NCBI GenBank assembly: GCA_017416425.1
Contig: JAFQCL010000001.1
Span: 14,291 to 78,290 of the forward strand
Source of the DNA: Clostridia bacterium
GTDB lineage: Bacteria > Bacillota > Clostridia > Christensenellales > CAG-138
Direction: 5' to 3'
Length of the DNA stretch: 64,000 nt
Within the stretch, counting starts at the first letter, position 1. Every line of letters starts with the position of its first letter. This document shows, in pieces, positions 36,310 through 44,683 of the stretch. Under the pieces are notes generated by a model. That model had not been told where the DNA came from, searched no databases, and saw only the letters and a program-made list of their open reading frames with translations. Made by a program: the position numbers and the translations under genes.

Positions 36310-37200
36310 TTAATCGCTATATACCGAAAAATCAGGGGTATACTCAAGGGTCTGGGATGAAAATCTTTGAATAAAAATATTCCTAAAGCCAATATTCAAT
36401 GCATAGCCTACAGCACGCTCATATTCCCGCTTTGTAATGCGCCTGTTTAAAGGCGGGACGGACGCTGCCTCGGCCATGGGAACATATTGGCTCATAAGCG
36501 ATATAAAGGTATCCTTTGGAAGCTCATTTGATATGAAATCAAGCACACGTCTTGCCTCATCTACGCAGTTTGGAAGCAAAAGGTGGCGGATTATAAGCCC
36601 CCTTTTTGCTATGCCGGAATTATCCAAAGAAAGCGTTCCAACCTGACGCCACATTTCAAGCACAGCTTTTGAGGCGTATTCAAAATAGTCCCAGGCGCCG
36701 GAAAAACGGCGTGAAAGCTCCGGTGATACATACTTGAGGTCGGGAAGGTATATGTCTATAAGCCCATTTAAAGCGGTAAGGGTCTTAATGGTTTCATAGC
36801 CGTTTGTATTATAAACGATGGGGATAGTAAACCCATTTTTCTTTGCAAGCTTTATTGCTTTTATTATCGTTTTCACATGCGGTGTTGGTGAAACAAAGTT
36901 TATATTATGCGCACCCGCCTCCATAAGACGCAGCATTTCGCTTGCGAGTTGATTTTCATCAAGGCGTTTTCCGACTATACTGCGGCTTATGCCGCTATTT
37001 TGACAGAATGTACATCTTAAATTGCAATTTGAAAAAAATATGGCGCCGGAGCCTTTTGTTCCGCTTATGGGGGGTTCCTCCCACATATGAAGCGAAGCTC
37101 TTGCAACATAGCAGCCGTCGTCAAGTCCGCATGCGCCAAATTTTGTGCTTCTGTCAATATTACATTTTCTTGGGCAAATACTGCAATTCATAGTTTTCAT
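36310..37200 (-). CDS. Radical SAM protein, PflX-like (putative activating enzyme)
   Basis: CNLRCTFCQN (CxxxCxxC) plus the N-terminal CSICPRKCNIDR...GACG motif characteristic of the COG1313/PflX group. 296 aa. Confidence 0.8.
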   Translation of the reverse strand: MKTMNCSICPRKCNIDRSTKFGACGLDDGCYVARASLHMWEEPPISGTKGSGAIFFSNCNLRCTFCQNSGISRSIVGKRLDENQLASEMLRLMEAGAHNINFVSPTPHVKTIIKAIKLAKKNGFTIPIVYNTNGYETIKTLTALNGLIDIYLPDLKYVSPELSRRFSGAWDYFEYASKAVLEMWRQVGTLSLDNSGIAKRGLIIRHLLLPNCVDEARRVLDFISNELPKDTFISLMSQYVPMAEAASVPPLNRRITKREYERAVGYALNIGFRNIFIQRFSSQTLEYTPDFSVYSD

Positions 37201-37665
37201 ATTATCACCGGTAAGCTTATAATTTACCCGGTATGTTTTTTAAGTAGTATAGCACAAAGATGAGTTAAATGGCCATATATATAGTTTTTTTGAGCTGACT
37301 TTTATTTTTTTGCTTTAATCAGCGCCCCTGCCGCAAATTTAGTAAGAACTGCTCCTTAGACTTTTATCAAATACCGGGCAAAGCATGTAATTTCCATTCC
37401 TTTAGAATTTGAAGTGATTTTATGCTTCTATAAAATTGTGTTAATAGAATCAGGAAGTTAAAAACACAGAAGTAATCCCATGCTGCCAGTTATTCTTTCT
37501 AAAGCCTTACGATTATACGGCTAAAAGGGCATCCTGCCGCAATAAGAAGTTTTATGAGGGCTTGAAAACAAAACCTATGAAAAAGAGAAAAAGCCTTCCT
37601 CAAAAAATGCTGCCCCAAACATACACTTTTTACAGAAAACTTCAAAAACATCCTAATAAACCTGC

Positions 37666-37694
37666 TTGACCGGGAAAAATTTAACTGTTAAAAT
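37666..37694 (+). promoter_or_regulatory. Putative promoter of the aquaporin gene
   Basis: TTGACC (37666-37671), 17-nt spacer ending in TGT (extended -10), TAAAAT (37689-37694). Confidence 0.5.
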
Positions 37695-37915
37695 ATATAT
37701 GTCAACTGCTTGTGCCGGCGGGCAAATGATGCATAAGGCTATTGCCTATTTTTGCAGACTATTAAATATGTCTCATTTATTTGTTTTTGAGGTAAGTTTG
37801 AAAATAAATTTCAAACCGTGTTTTGTGACTTTCAAAGCCTTTCGGCTTCGATTTTGTGCAAGCACAAAACCACTCACAATTCCACAGGAAAGGAGACTTC
37901 CGAGTAGCGGAAGTT

Positions 37916-38605
37916 ATGGTAAAATCTATGAAAGAAAGATTCAAAAAATATGTAGCCGAGTTTATAGGCACGCTAGTGCTGGTGCTGTTTGCCTGCGGAA
38001 CCGCCGTGGTGACCGGCTGCGCAACGGACGATCCTAATGTTTCATATCTGCTTACAGCGCTTGCCTTTGGACTTGTAATAGTAGCTATGGCATACTCCAT
38101 AGGCAATATATCAGGATGCCATATAAATCCCGCTGTTTCGATTGCCATGCTCATAAATAAAAAGCTGAGCGGAAGAGAATTTATAGGCTATATAGTCGCA
38201 CAGGTTTTAGGTGCAATAGCCGGCGCCGCCATATTGGGCTATCTGGCCGGTTGGGACTGCGGCTTTGGCGCAAACGGCCTCTTTGAAGGCGATGTGATTA
38301 AATCGCTTATAATCGAAGTGATACTTACATTCGTATTTGTGCTTGCGGTGCTTGGAGCGACCTCAAAGCTGGAAAACGGCAAGGTCGCTGGTCTTGTTAT
38401 AGGCTTTTCGCTCACACTTGTGCATATATTTGGTATACATTTTACCGGCACCAGTGTAAACCCCGCAAGGAGCTTTGGTCCTGCTTTATTCGCCGGCGGA
38501 GACGCGCTTTCGAATGTATGGGTGTTCATAGTAGCTCCGCTTATCGGCGGGATATTGGCTGCTCTTTGCTTTAGAGCGCTTTCGGGTAAAAAAGAACGCA
38601 ACTAA
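37916..38605 (+). CDS. MIP-family channel (aquaporin/glycerol facilitator)
   Basis: Two NPA boxes (HINPAVS, SVNPARS) and six TM segments. The start is ambiguous between ATG 37916 and 37928; the tracked ORF begins at 37856. Confidence 0.85.
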   Translation: MVKSMKERFKKYVAEFIGTLVLVLFACGTAVVTGCATDDPNVSYLLTALAFGLVIVAMAYSIGNISGCHINPAVSIAMLINKKLSGREFIGYIVAQVLGAIAGAAILGYLAGWDCGFGANGLFEGDVIKSLIIEVILTFVFVLAVLGATSKLENGKVAGLVIGFSLTLVHIFGIHFTGTSVNPARSFGPALFAGGDALSNVWVFIVAPLIGGILAALCFRALSGKKERN

Positions 38606-38610
38606 TAGAT

Positions 38611-38657
38611 AAAAAAGACCTCGGGACTATGCCGGCAGCCCGAGGCCTTTTTCTTTT
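38611..38657. terminator. Bidirectional terminator between the aquaporin and pfk genes
   Basis: cctcggg/cccgagg stem flanked by A6 upstream and T5cT4 downstream. Lies between convergent genes. Confidence 0.6.
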
Positions 38658-38665
38658 GCGTAATA

Positions 38666-39727
38666 TTATCTGAAGTAAAGCGAAGCAGCCTCGTAAAATT
38701 CACGATCGACCTTTTTGCGCTCCATAACGGCTGTATTAAGATCCGCGGCAACTATCTTTGAAGCAACTTGAGCTACCATCATGCCGTATTCACCTTTTAT
38801 CGCAAGCTCGGCTGCTTTTATGCCAAGACGGGTGCCCAGCACGCGGTCAAACGCGCAGGGCGCTCCTCCGCGCTGTATGTGACCCAGCACAACATAACGG
38901 GATTCAAACAGTTTCGCATTTTCGTCAAGGTCATCGGCAGTACGCATCGCATGCTCTATCATTTCGGAAAGATTCTTAGCAAGGTCCTTATTTAAAAGCA
39001 GTTTGTTGCCAAAGGCATCGGTTCCAAGCTGTATGTCCTCCATGCCGGTAAGCTCAAAGCCCTCAGCGACGGCTATTATGGTGTGTCGCTCACCCCTTAT
39101 GTAGCGGCTTTTTACCACCTTCATTATATCGTCAAAGGTCATGGGGAATTCGGGTATGAGTATAAGATGAGCATCTGCGGCAATGCCTGCCTGAAGAGCT
39201 ATCCAGCCGGTGTTGCGCCCCATGCACTCCACGACTATACAGCGTGAGTGCGCTTCCGCAGTGGTTTGGAGCCTGTCCATAGCTTCCATGGCTATATCGG
39301 CAGCAGTATTAAAACCAAACGTATAATCCGTACAGGATAGATCGTTATCGATAGTTTTTGGTACGCCAACTACGTTAACGCCAAGCTTTCTAAGCTCATT
39401 CGCGACCCCAAGCGTGTCGTCTCCGCCGATGGCAATAAGCCCCTCAAGACCCAAAAGCTCCATTACACGCACTACTCTCTCCTGCCCATTTTCAATGGCA
39501 AGCACATTGGTGCGGGACGATCCCAGTATAGTGCCTCCCTTTGTCTGTATGCCCTCAACGTCCCTTAATGAGAGCCAGCGCCCCTTGCAGGTAAGCGCTC
39601 CTCTCCATCCATCGTAAAAGCCATATACCATCATGCCCTCGGACATGCACTTTTCAACCACGCCTCTTATAACGGCGTTGAGGCCGGGGCAGTCACCGCC
39701 ACCGGTAAGTATACCAATTTTTCTCAT
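38666..39727 (-). CDS. pfk: 6-phosphofructokinase, with residue signature of PPi-dependent enzymes
   Basis: MRKIGILTGGGDCPGLNAVIRG. GGDDT (Asp104) and PKTIDND (Lys124). 353 aa. Confidence 0.9.
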   Translation of the reverse strand: MRKIGILTGGGDCPGLNAVIRGVVEKCMSEGMMVYGFYDGWRGALTCKGRWLSLRDVEGIQTKGGTILGSSRTNVLAIENGQERVVRVMELLGLEGLIAIGGDDTLGVANELRKLGVNVVGVPKTIDNDLSCTDYTFGFNTAADIAMEAMDRLQTTAEAHSRCIVVECMGRNTGWIALQAGIAADAHLILIPEFPMTFDDIMKVVKSRYIRGERHTIIAVAEGFELTGMEDIQLGTDAFGNKLLLNKDLAKNLSEMIEHAMRTADDLDENAKLFESRYVVLGHIQRGGAPCAFDRVLGTRLGIKAAELAIKGEYGMMVAQVASKIVAADLNTAVMERKKVDREFYEAASLYFR

Positions 39728-39778
39728 AAAAGTCTCCTTTCAGGTAACAAAAGCGGCAATAAGCCCGCTTAAATCTGT

Positions 39779-40447
39779 TTATATTATATTGCGAAAAATG
39801 AGCGCTTCTTTTATCGCTAAGGATATCTCATCCGAAGGCAGCATTTTGCCTGAATCATCGGTACAATCTATAATGGTTATATCCGCATGTTTTTTAGCGC
39901 ACTCAATGTATTTTTCCCGGGCTTTTTGCTGGATATGCTCAGAGCTTTCGTAGGCATCAGCTTTATCTCCGATATATTCGCGCAGCCCTTTTTGAGATAT
40001 GTTTGCCTTAGCTCTACAAGGGATAACATCAAGCACTATCGTTACATCGGGCTTTGGCAGTGACAGACGATCAAACTCAAGATCCAGAACCCAATCGACA
40101 AGATCGGTATCGCCTTCTCTTATACTCTGATACACCGCGTTAGACCATACATACCGATTTATAACCAGAAAATCGATGCTGCTCATATCGAATGAAGAAA
40201 AAGCATCCCATCTGTCGAGTGCAAACCAAAGAGCCATGCTCTTATTATCGATATCGGTCGCTGTCACGCCTTCCCTGCCTGAAAGAAAACGCCCTATCTG
40301 CTTTCCAAAATAGGCGTCATATCTTGGAAACTCAAGCCCCTCTACGCTATAGCCCAAAGATCTCAGCTCATTTATCAAATTGCTCCATTGTACGGTTTTC
40401 CCGCTGCCATCTATTCCCTCAATGGCTATGATCTTAGTTTTACCCAT
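39779..40447 (-). CDS. Thymidylate-kinase-family (dTMP kinase-like) protein
   Basis: P-loop IAIEGIDGSGKT. NRY...SNAVYQ segment in place of the DRY motif. ATG 40447; the tracked ORF extends 57 nt upstream. Confidence 0.7.
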   Translation of the reverse strand: MGKTKIIAIEGIDGSGKTVQWSNLINELRSLGYSVEGLEFPRYDAYFGKQIGRFLSGREGVTATDIDNKSMALWFALDRWDAFSSFDMSSIDFLVINRYVWSNAVYQSIREGDTDLVDWVLDLEFDRLSLPKPDVTIVLDVIPCRAKANISQKGLREYIGDKADAYESSEHIQQKAREKYIECAKKHADITIIDCTDDSGKMLPSDEISLAIKEALIFRNII

Positions 40448-40599
40448 AAAATCAACCTCATGCGTTAATATTAAATTATAATGCGTCAAAACGCAAAAAG
40501 TCAATAAAAATACAATTAATTTCCAAAAGGCTTAAAATAAAAGCAATAGCCATTGGGGCATACTAGAAGGAGAATGAAAAAGAGAGGTGGTGAGCTTTT

Positions 40600-40758
40600 A
40601 TGAAGGGCTTAGTTTTTGTGGCAGGCGCAGCGGTAGGTATAGCCGCCGCGGCAGCAGCGATAACATCCATGTATCCCGACGTCTCAAGGCGCATGGCGCG
40701 TGATGGGAGGCGTGTGGTTCGCATGGGAAGCAATGTTGTTAGAAGAATGTGGCACTAA
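40600..40758 (+). CDS. Small (52-aa) membrane-anchored basic protein, below the ORF-track cutoff
   Basis: ATG 40600 after AGAGGTGG. MKGLVFVAGAAVGIAAAAAAITSMYPDVSRRMARDGRRVVRMGSNVVRRMWH. Followed by a hairpin at 40788-40821. Confidence 0.4.
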   Translation: MKGLVFVAGAAVGIAAAAAAITSMYPDVSRRMARDGRRVVRMGSNVVRRMWH

Positions 40759-40785
40759 TATCAAGCATAGGATAGCATAGGTAGT

Positions 40786-40821
40786 AAAAAGCTTCCGAAC
40801 AATGATATCTTCGGAAGCTTT
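40786..40821 (-). terminator. Terminator of the 40843..41532 lipoprotein gene (possibly bidirectional)
   Basis: 12-bp perfect stem aaagcttccgaa/ttcggaagcttt. T5 tail on the minus strand. Confidence 0.65.
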
Positions 40822-40842
40822 GGTATGTACTATTCCGCTTTA

Positions 40843-41532
40843 TTACTCGGTTACGCGGGTGAGGTCGCAGGGATAAGCGAACATGGAGCCCACCTCTTCG
40901 GAAGCATTTTCGCCATACCCGTTTACAAAGGTAAGCGTATTGCCTGAAATTTTTATTTCAATATAGCTTTCGCTTTCTGTAAGATATTCAAGCGTTTCGT
41001 CTCCCGCTATCAGGTAGAGCTTATTGCCATCGATGGCATAGGTTAAGCCTTCAAACGTTTTTTCCAGGTCAGCGCACATGCCTTCTATCATTTCATCGGT
41101 AAATATCATGTCTATCATAGAATTCACGAATTCCTCCAAAGGCATTCCGGTTTCGGTCTCAAAAGCGGCTCTGGCATCCTCTTCCACATAGCCTTCTTCG
41201 ATGTATGTATTCAATACATTATCCACCATCGCATTAGTAAGGAAAGTCACCATGGATGTAAATGATTCCCCAGCCGTTTCACGGGCAAGCGTTACCACAA
41301 CAGTCTTTTCCTCGGTAAACTCGAATTCAAAGTCAAATACAAGCTCAAAATCCGCCTCGGTCTCACCGCCTGTGATCGAGTCAATATCCATTTGGGAAAC
41401 AACGGTTTCAGTCATATCAAGCTTTATCGCCCAGCTTCCGATGATCGCCTGCTCATAGTTTACACACCCGCTAAGAAGGACGAGCATAGATGCAAGCAAT
41501 ACGATGCTGATAAGCCTTTTTAAATGTTTCAT
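40843..41532 (-). CDS. Lipoprotein, unknown function
   Basis: MKHLKRLISIVLLASMLVLLSGC lipobox. IIGSWAI and GNTLTF motifs similar to lipocalin-like lipoproteins. Confidence 0.75.
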   Translation of the reverse strand: MKHLKRLISIVLLASMLVLLSGCVNYEQAIIGSWAIKLDMTETVVSQMDIDSITGGETEADFELVFDFEFEFTEEKTVVVTLARETAGESFTSMVTFLTNAMVDNVLNTYIEEGYVEEDARAAFETETGMPLEEFVNSMIDMIFTDEMIEGMCADLEKTFEGLTYAIDGNKLYLIAGDETLEYLTESESYIEIKISGNTLTFVNGYGENASEEVGSMFAYPCDLTRVTE

Positions 41533-41850
41533 CTGTTGATACCTCACAAATAAATTTTAACCAATTTGGTAAATTATATTTAATCATAATTGGTAGGAAA
41601 AAACAAATATATTACAACGATCTGCAATATATTTCACAGATAGGGTGTTTGAACAATAAAACAAGCCTTAAGTGGGTGGTAAAAGCTCTTAAAAACAAAA
41701 CGTCACTCGCTTGGGCTGAAAGAGGCTCGCCTTCAATGGTAAATCTTCAGGCGAAGGCATGAGGTAAAAGCATCGCACCAAAAAACGCATTTTTTAAAAT
41801 AAAGCTTTAATTTTAAATCCAAAGGCCACTAAAAAATCCCATTATAACTT

Positions 41851-43794
41851 CTACTTCTTTTTATCGTTATCGTCAAGCACTTCGTATGGCGCATCGATCT
41901 CATCATAGCTTCGCCTGTTTCTTGAGGCATGAGGCTTTTTAGGGGCATGTCTTATAGGTATAGGCTGAGGCTCAGGCAAAGGTTCGTCTTCGGCAGGCCC
42001 TAGCACTATTGCGTTTGATACATAGCGCTTGAGCGTGAATTCAAACCTGGTTCCAACGCCAACTTCGCTTGACACGCTTATCTTTTCACCAAGACGTTCC
42101 ATTATAAGGCATGCTATGGAAAGTCCAAGACCCGTACCGCCCTCTTTTCTTGATTTATCCACCTTGTAGAAGCGCTCGAATATACGGTGCAGCTCCTTTT
42201 TGGGTATTCCGCAGCCGGTATCCTCAACGCCGATAAAGAACTGCGTGGCATTGCTCTTTATAGAGAGTGTTATAGAACCGCCGCTCTTTGTATAGCGCAT
42301 TGCGTTATCGATAAGTATTATAAGCACCTGCTCTATGCGGTCGGGGTTGGTCATTGCAAACATGTGGTCGTTGAAATTGGAAGAATCCACCTTAAGCTCT
42401 ATTCCCTTCTCCGCCGCCACCATGGTATAGCCATCTGCCACATCATAGAGAAGCTCGCATATATCGGTCTTAAGTATATCGAGATATTCCGTATTGGATT
42501 GAAGCCTGCTGAGCATGAGCATGTCATTTATAAGCCTTGAGAGCCTTATTACCTCATGCAGCATGGTCTTATAGTAGCGCTGCTTTGTCTCTTCATCGGA
42601 TATAAGTCCATCAGCGAGCGGCTCAAGAAGCCCTCGAACGGCTGTGAGCGGGGTACGAAGCTCGTGGGATATATTAGCAACATACTCGCGGCGGGTCTCC
42701 TCCATACGCTCCACATCGGTCATATCCTTAAATAATCCTACGACACCGCTGCATTCACCCACATCCGTGATGACCGCTGTTATGGCTATCCAAAGCGTAC
42801 GGTCGCCTGCAAGCTTATATGTGATGGTCTCTTGCCTTCCTGTATAGTATACTTTGTCGAATACATCCCAAATTTCCCGATCGGATATTAGATCAAACCG
42901 ATCCTTTACGCTAATGGCTCCAAACATATGCTTTATGGCGGGATTATAATGCGTTATATTTCCATCGCCATCAACCGCAACAACTCCATCGGAAAGGCTG
43001 TCAAGTATGAGATTAAGCTGGCTTTTTTCCGTACGAAGCTGATATATAGTTTGTGAGAGCCTGTCGCAGAGGTTGTTTAAGGAGCGGGCAAGCAGCCCCA
43101 CCTCGCCCGAAGATTCGCTTCCTTCCACGCGCACGTCCAGATCGCCGTTTGCCATCTCGCTGGCTACATCCGCCATATTACGCAGCGGTTCTGTAATCCT
43201 GTTTGCCTGCCAGGAGCTTGCAAACAGAAGCAAAACGGCTGAGATCATGGCAAACCAGATTATTGGCATGTTGGTGCGCTCAAGGTATGATGTAACAGTG
43301 GTGGTATCTTTAATTAGAAATATTCCGCCATAAGGAGAGCTGCCGGCGGAAATGTATAAGGGCTTTGCAACGAGTATCGCGTTTATATTATTGAGCTTTA
43401 TGTTTTGAACTGCAATGGTATTTCCGCTAAGTACGAGCAGTATTTCCTCAGAGAGCAGGTTTCTCAGGTGCTCTGTATCTACCGTGTTGAAATTAAATGA
43501 GGCATCGTACATTATAGCGATATCGCCGGAATTGTCAATTATTATGGTGGTAGCGTTTATAGCTTTCACCATGCTTTCCATCATTTTTCTAAAGGCGTCC
43601 CTGGAAATGTTGCCATTTGTGTATTCTACCATAAGCTGGCTTAAAGCATCGGTTTTGGCGCTCATATCTTCAAGCTCAGAGGCCATGTAAGCTCCTCTGC
43701 TGACAAGAAGGGAGCTTGCCAAAATAAGCGATACCGTAAGCAGCATCGCTATCAAAAGCACCACGAAGAAACGCTTGACAAGTACGCTTCGCAT
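41851..43794 (-). CDS. Two-component sensor histidine kinase (TM, HAMP, PAS, HisKA, HATPase)
   Basis: H-box SHELRTPLT, N-box IDNAMRYT, G-boxes EDTGCGI and GGTGLGLSI. Two TM helices. Low-complexity basic C-terminal tail. Confidence 0.9.
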   Translation of the reverse strand: MRSVLVKRFFVVLLIAMLLTVSLILASSLLVSRGAYMASELEDMSAKTDALSQLMVEYTNGNISRDAFRKMMESMVKAINATTIIIDNSGDIAIMYDASFNFNTVDTEHLRNLLSEEILLVLSGNTIAVQNIKLNNINAILVAKPLYISAGSSPYGGIFLIKDTTTVTSYLERTNMPIIWFAMISAVLLLFASSWQANRITEPLRNMADVASEMANGDLDVRVEGSESSGEVGLLARSLNNLCDRLSQTIYQLRTEKSQLNLILDSLSDGVVAVDGDGNITHYNPAIKHMFGAISVKDRFDLISDREIWDVFDKVYYTGRQETITYKLAGDRTLWIAITAVITDVGECSGVVGLFKDMTDVERMEETRREYVANISHELRTPLTAVRGLLEPLADGLISDEETKQRYYKTMLHEVIRLSRLINDMLMLSRLQSNTEYLDILKTDICELLYDVADGYTMVAAEKGIELKVDSSNFNDHMFAMTNPDRIEQVLIILIDNAMRYTKSGGSITLSIKSNATQFFIGVEDTGCGIPKKELHRIFERFYKVDKSRKEGGTGLGLSIACLIMERLGEKISVSSEVGVGTRFEFTLKRYVSNAIVLGPAEDEPLPEPQPIPIRHAPKKPHASRNRRSYDEIDAPYEVLDDNDKKK

Positions 43795-43886
43795 TAAGAA
43801 CTCCTTTTATAGCATATCAAAAAGCGCTTGAATCAAAAGCCCTATCCTGCAAAAAAAGGGGTAGGGCATGGGAGACTTTTTTATTA

Positions 43887-44573
43887 TTATCTTACATCAA
43901 ATTTATAGCCTACGCTATATATGGTCTTTATCTCCCAGTTCCTTGGGCTATCCCCAAGCTTTGCGCGTATGCGCTTTATGTGGGTATCAACGGTGCGTGT
44001 CTCGCCCGCATAGTCATAGCCCCAGACCTTGCTTAAAAGCTCCTCTCTTGTAAATACATGGCCGGGATTTGAGACAAGAAGATGGAGTATTTCTATTTCC
44101 TTGGGAGTACATACGATGGGCTGACCATCGAGCGTTACCATGTAGCTTTCAAGATTTATCACAAGGCCGTCCCTTGAAACAACGCTCGAGTTTTCGGCGC
44201 TTTTTTCGCTGGTTCTTCTAAGGACGGCACGCACCCTTGCGGTGACCTCTTTGGGACTGAAGGGCTTTACGATGTAGTCATCGGCGCCAAGCTCAAGGCC
44301 GAGTATCTTATCTATCTCTTCGCCTCTTGCGGTGAGCATAATTATCGGTATGCGGGAGTTTTTGCGTACCTCGCGGCATACATCTATGCCAGACATTTTA
44401 GGCATCATTATATCCAGCACGCAAAGGGATATATCTCCGCCGGCTATGGCGTCGACTGCGGCTTTGCCATCGTATACATCGGTAGTCTCATAGCCCTCCT
44501 TTTTGAGGTAAAGCCCAAGCGATTCGTGTACGGCAGGTTCATCATCGGCAATCAGAATTTTAATATCGCTCAT
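43887..44573 (-). CDS. OmpR/PhoB-family response regulator
   Basis: Receiver domain (LIADDEP, CVLDIMMP, KPF) plus a winged-helix output domain (RTVDTHIKRIRAKL...GYKF). Confidence 0.9.
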   Translation of the reverse strand: MSDIKILIADDEPAVHESLGLYLKKEGYETTDVYDGKAAVDAIAGGDISLCVLDIMMPKMSGIDVCREVRKNSRIPIIMLTARGEEIDKILGLELGADDYIVKPFSPKEVTARVRAVLRRTSEKSAENSSVVSRDGLVINLESYMVTLDGQPIVCTPKEIEILHLLVSNPGHVFTREELLSKVWGYDYAGETRTVDTHIKRIRAKLGDSPRNWEIKTIYSVGYKFDVR

Positions 44574-44683
44574 CTTAAGTGATCCTCCAAGCGGTCATTT
44601 ATTTGATTAAATTATACCATGAAAAGCGGAAGTTTTTATAAACTTTTTGTGACGTACAGGTCAACATTAACGCATGAATTGCA

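Noticed and set aside
37666-38154. ORFs 37666..38037 (+) and 37777..38154 (-) in the aquaporin leader and 5' region.
   Set aside because: They overlap the promoter/leader and the start of the MIP channel gene, which has NPA boxes. Neither has an RBS or recognisable motifs.
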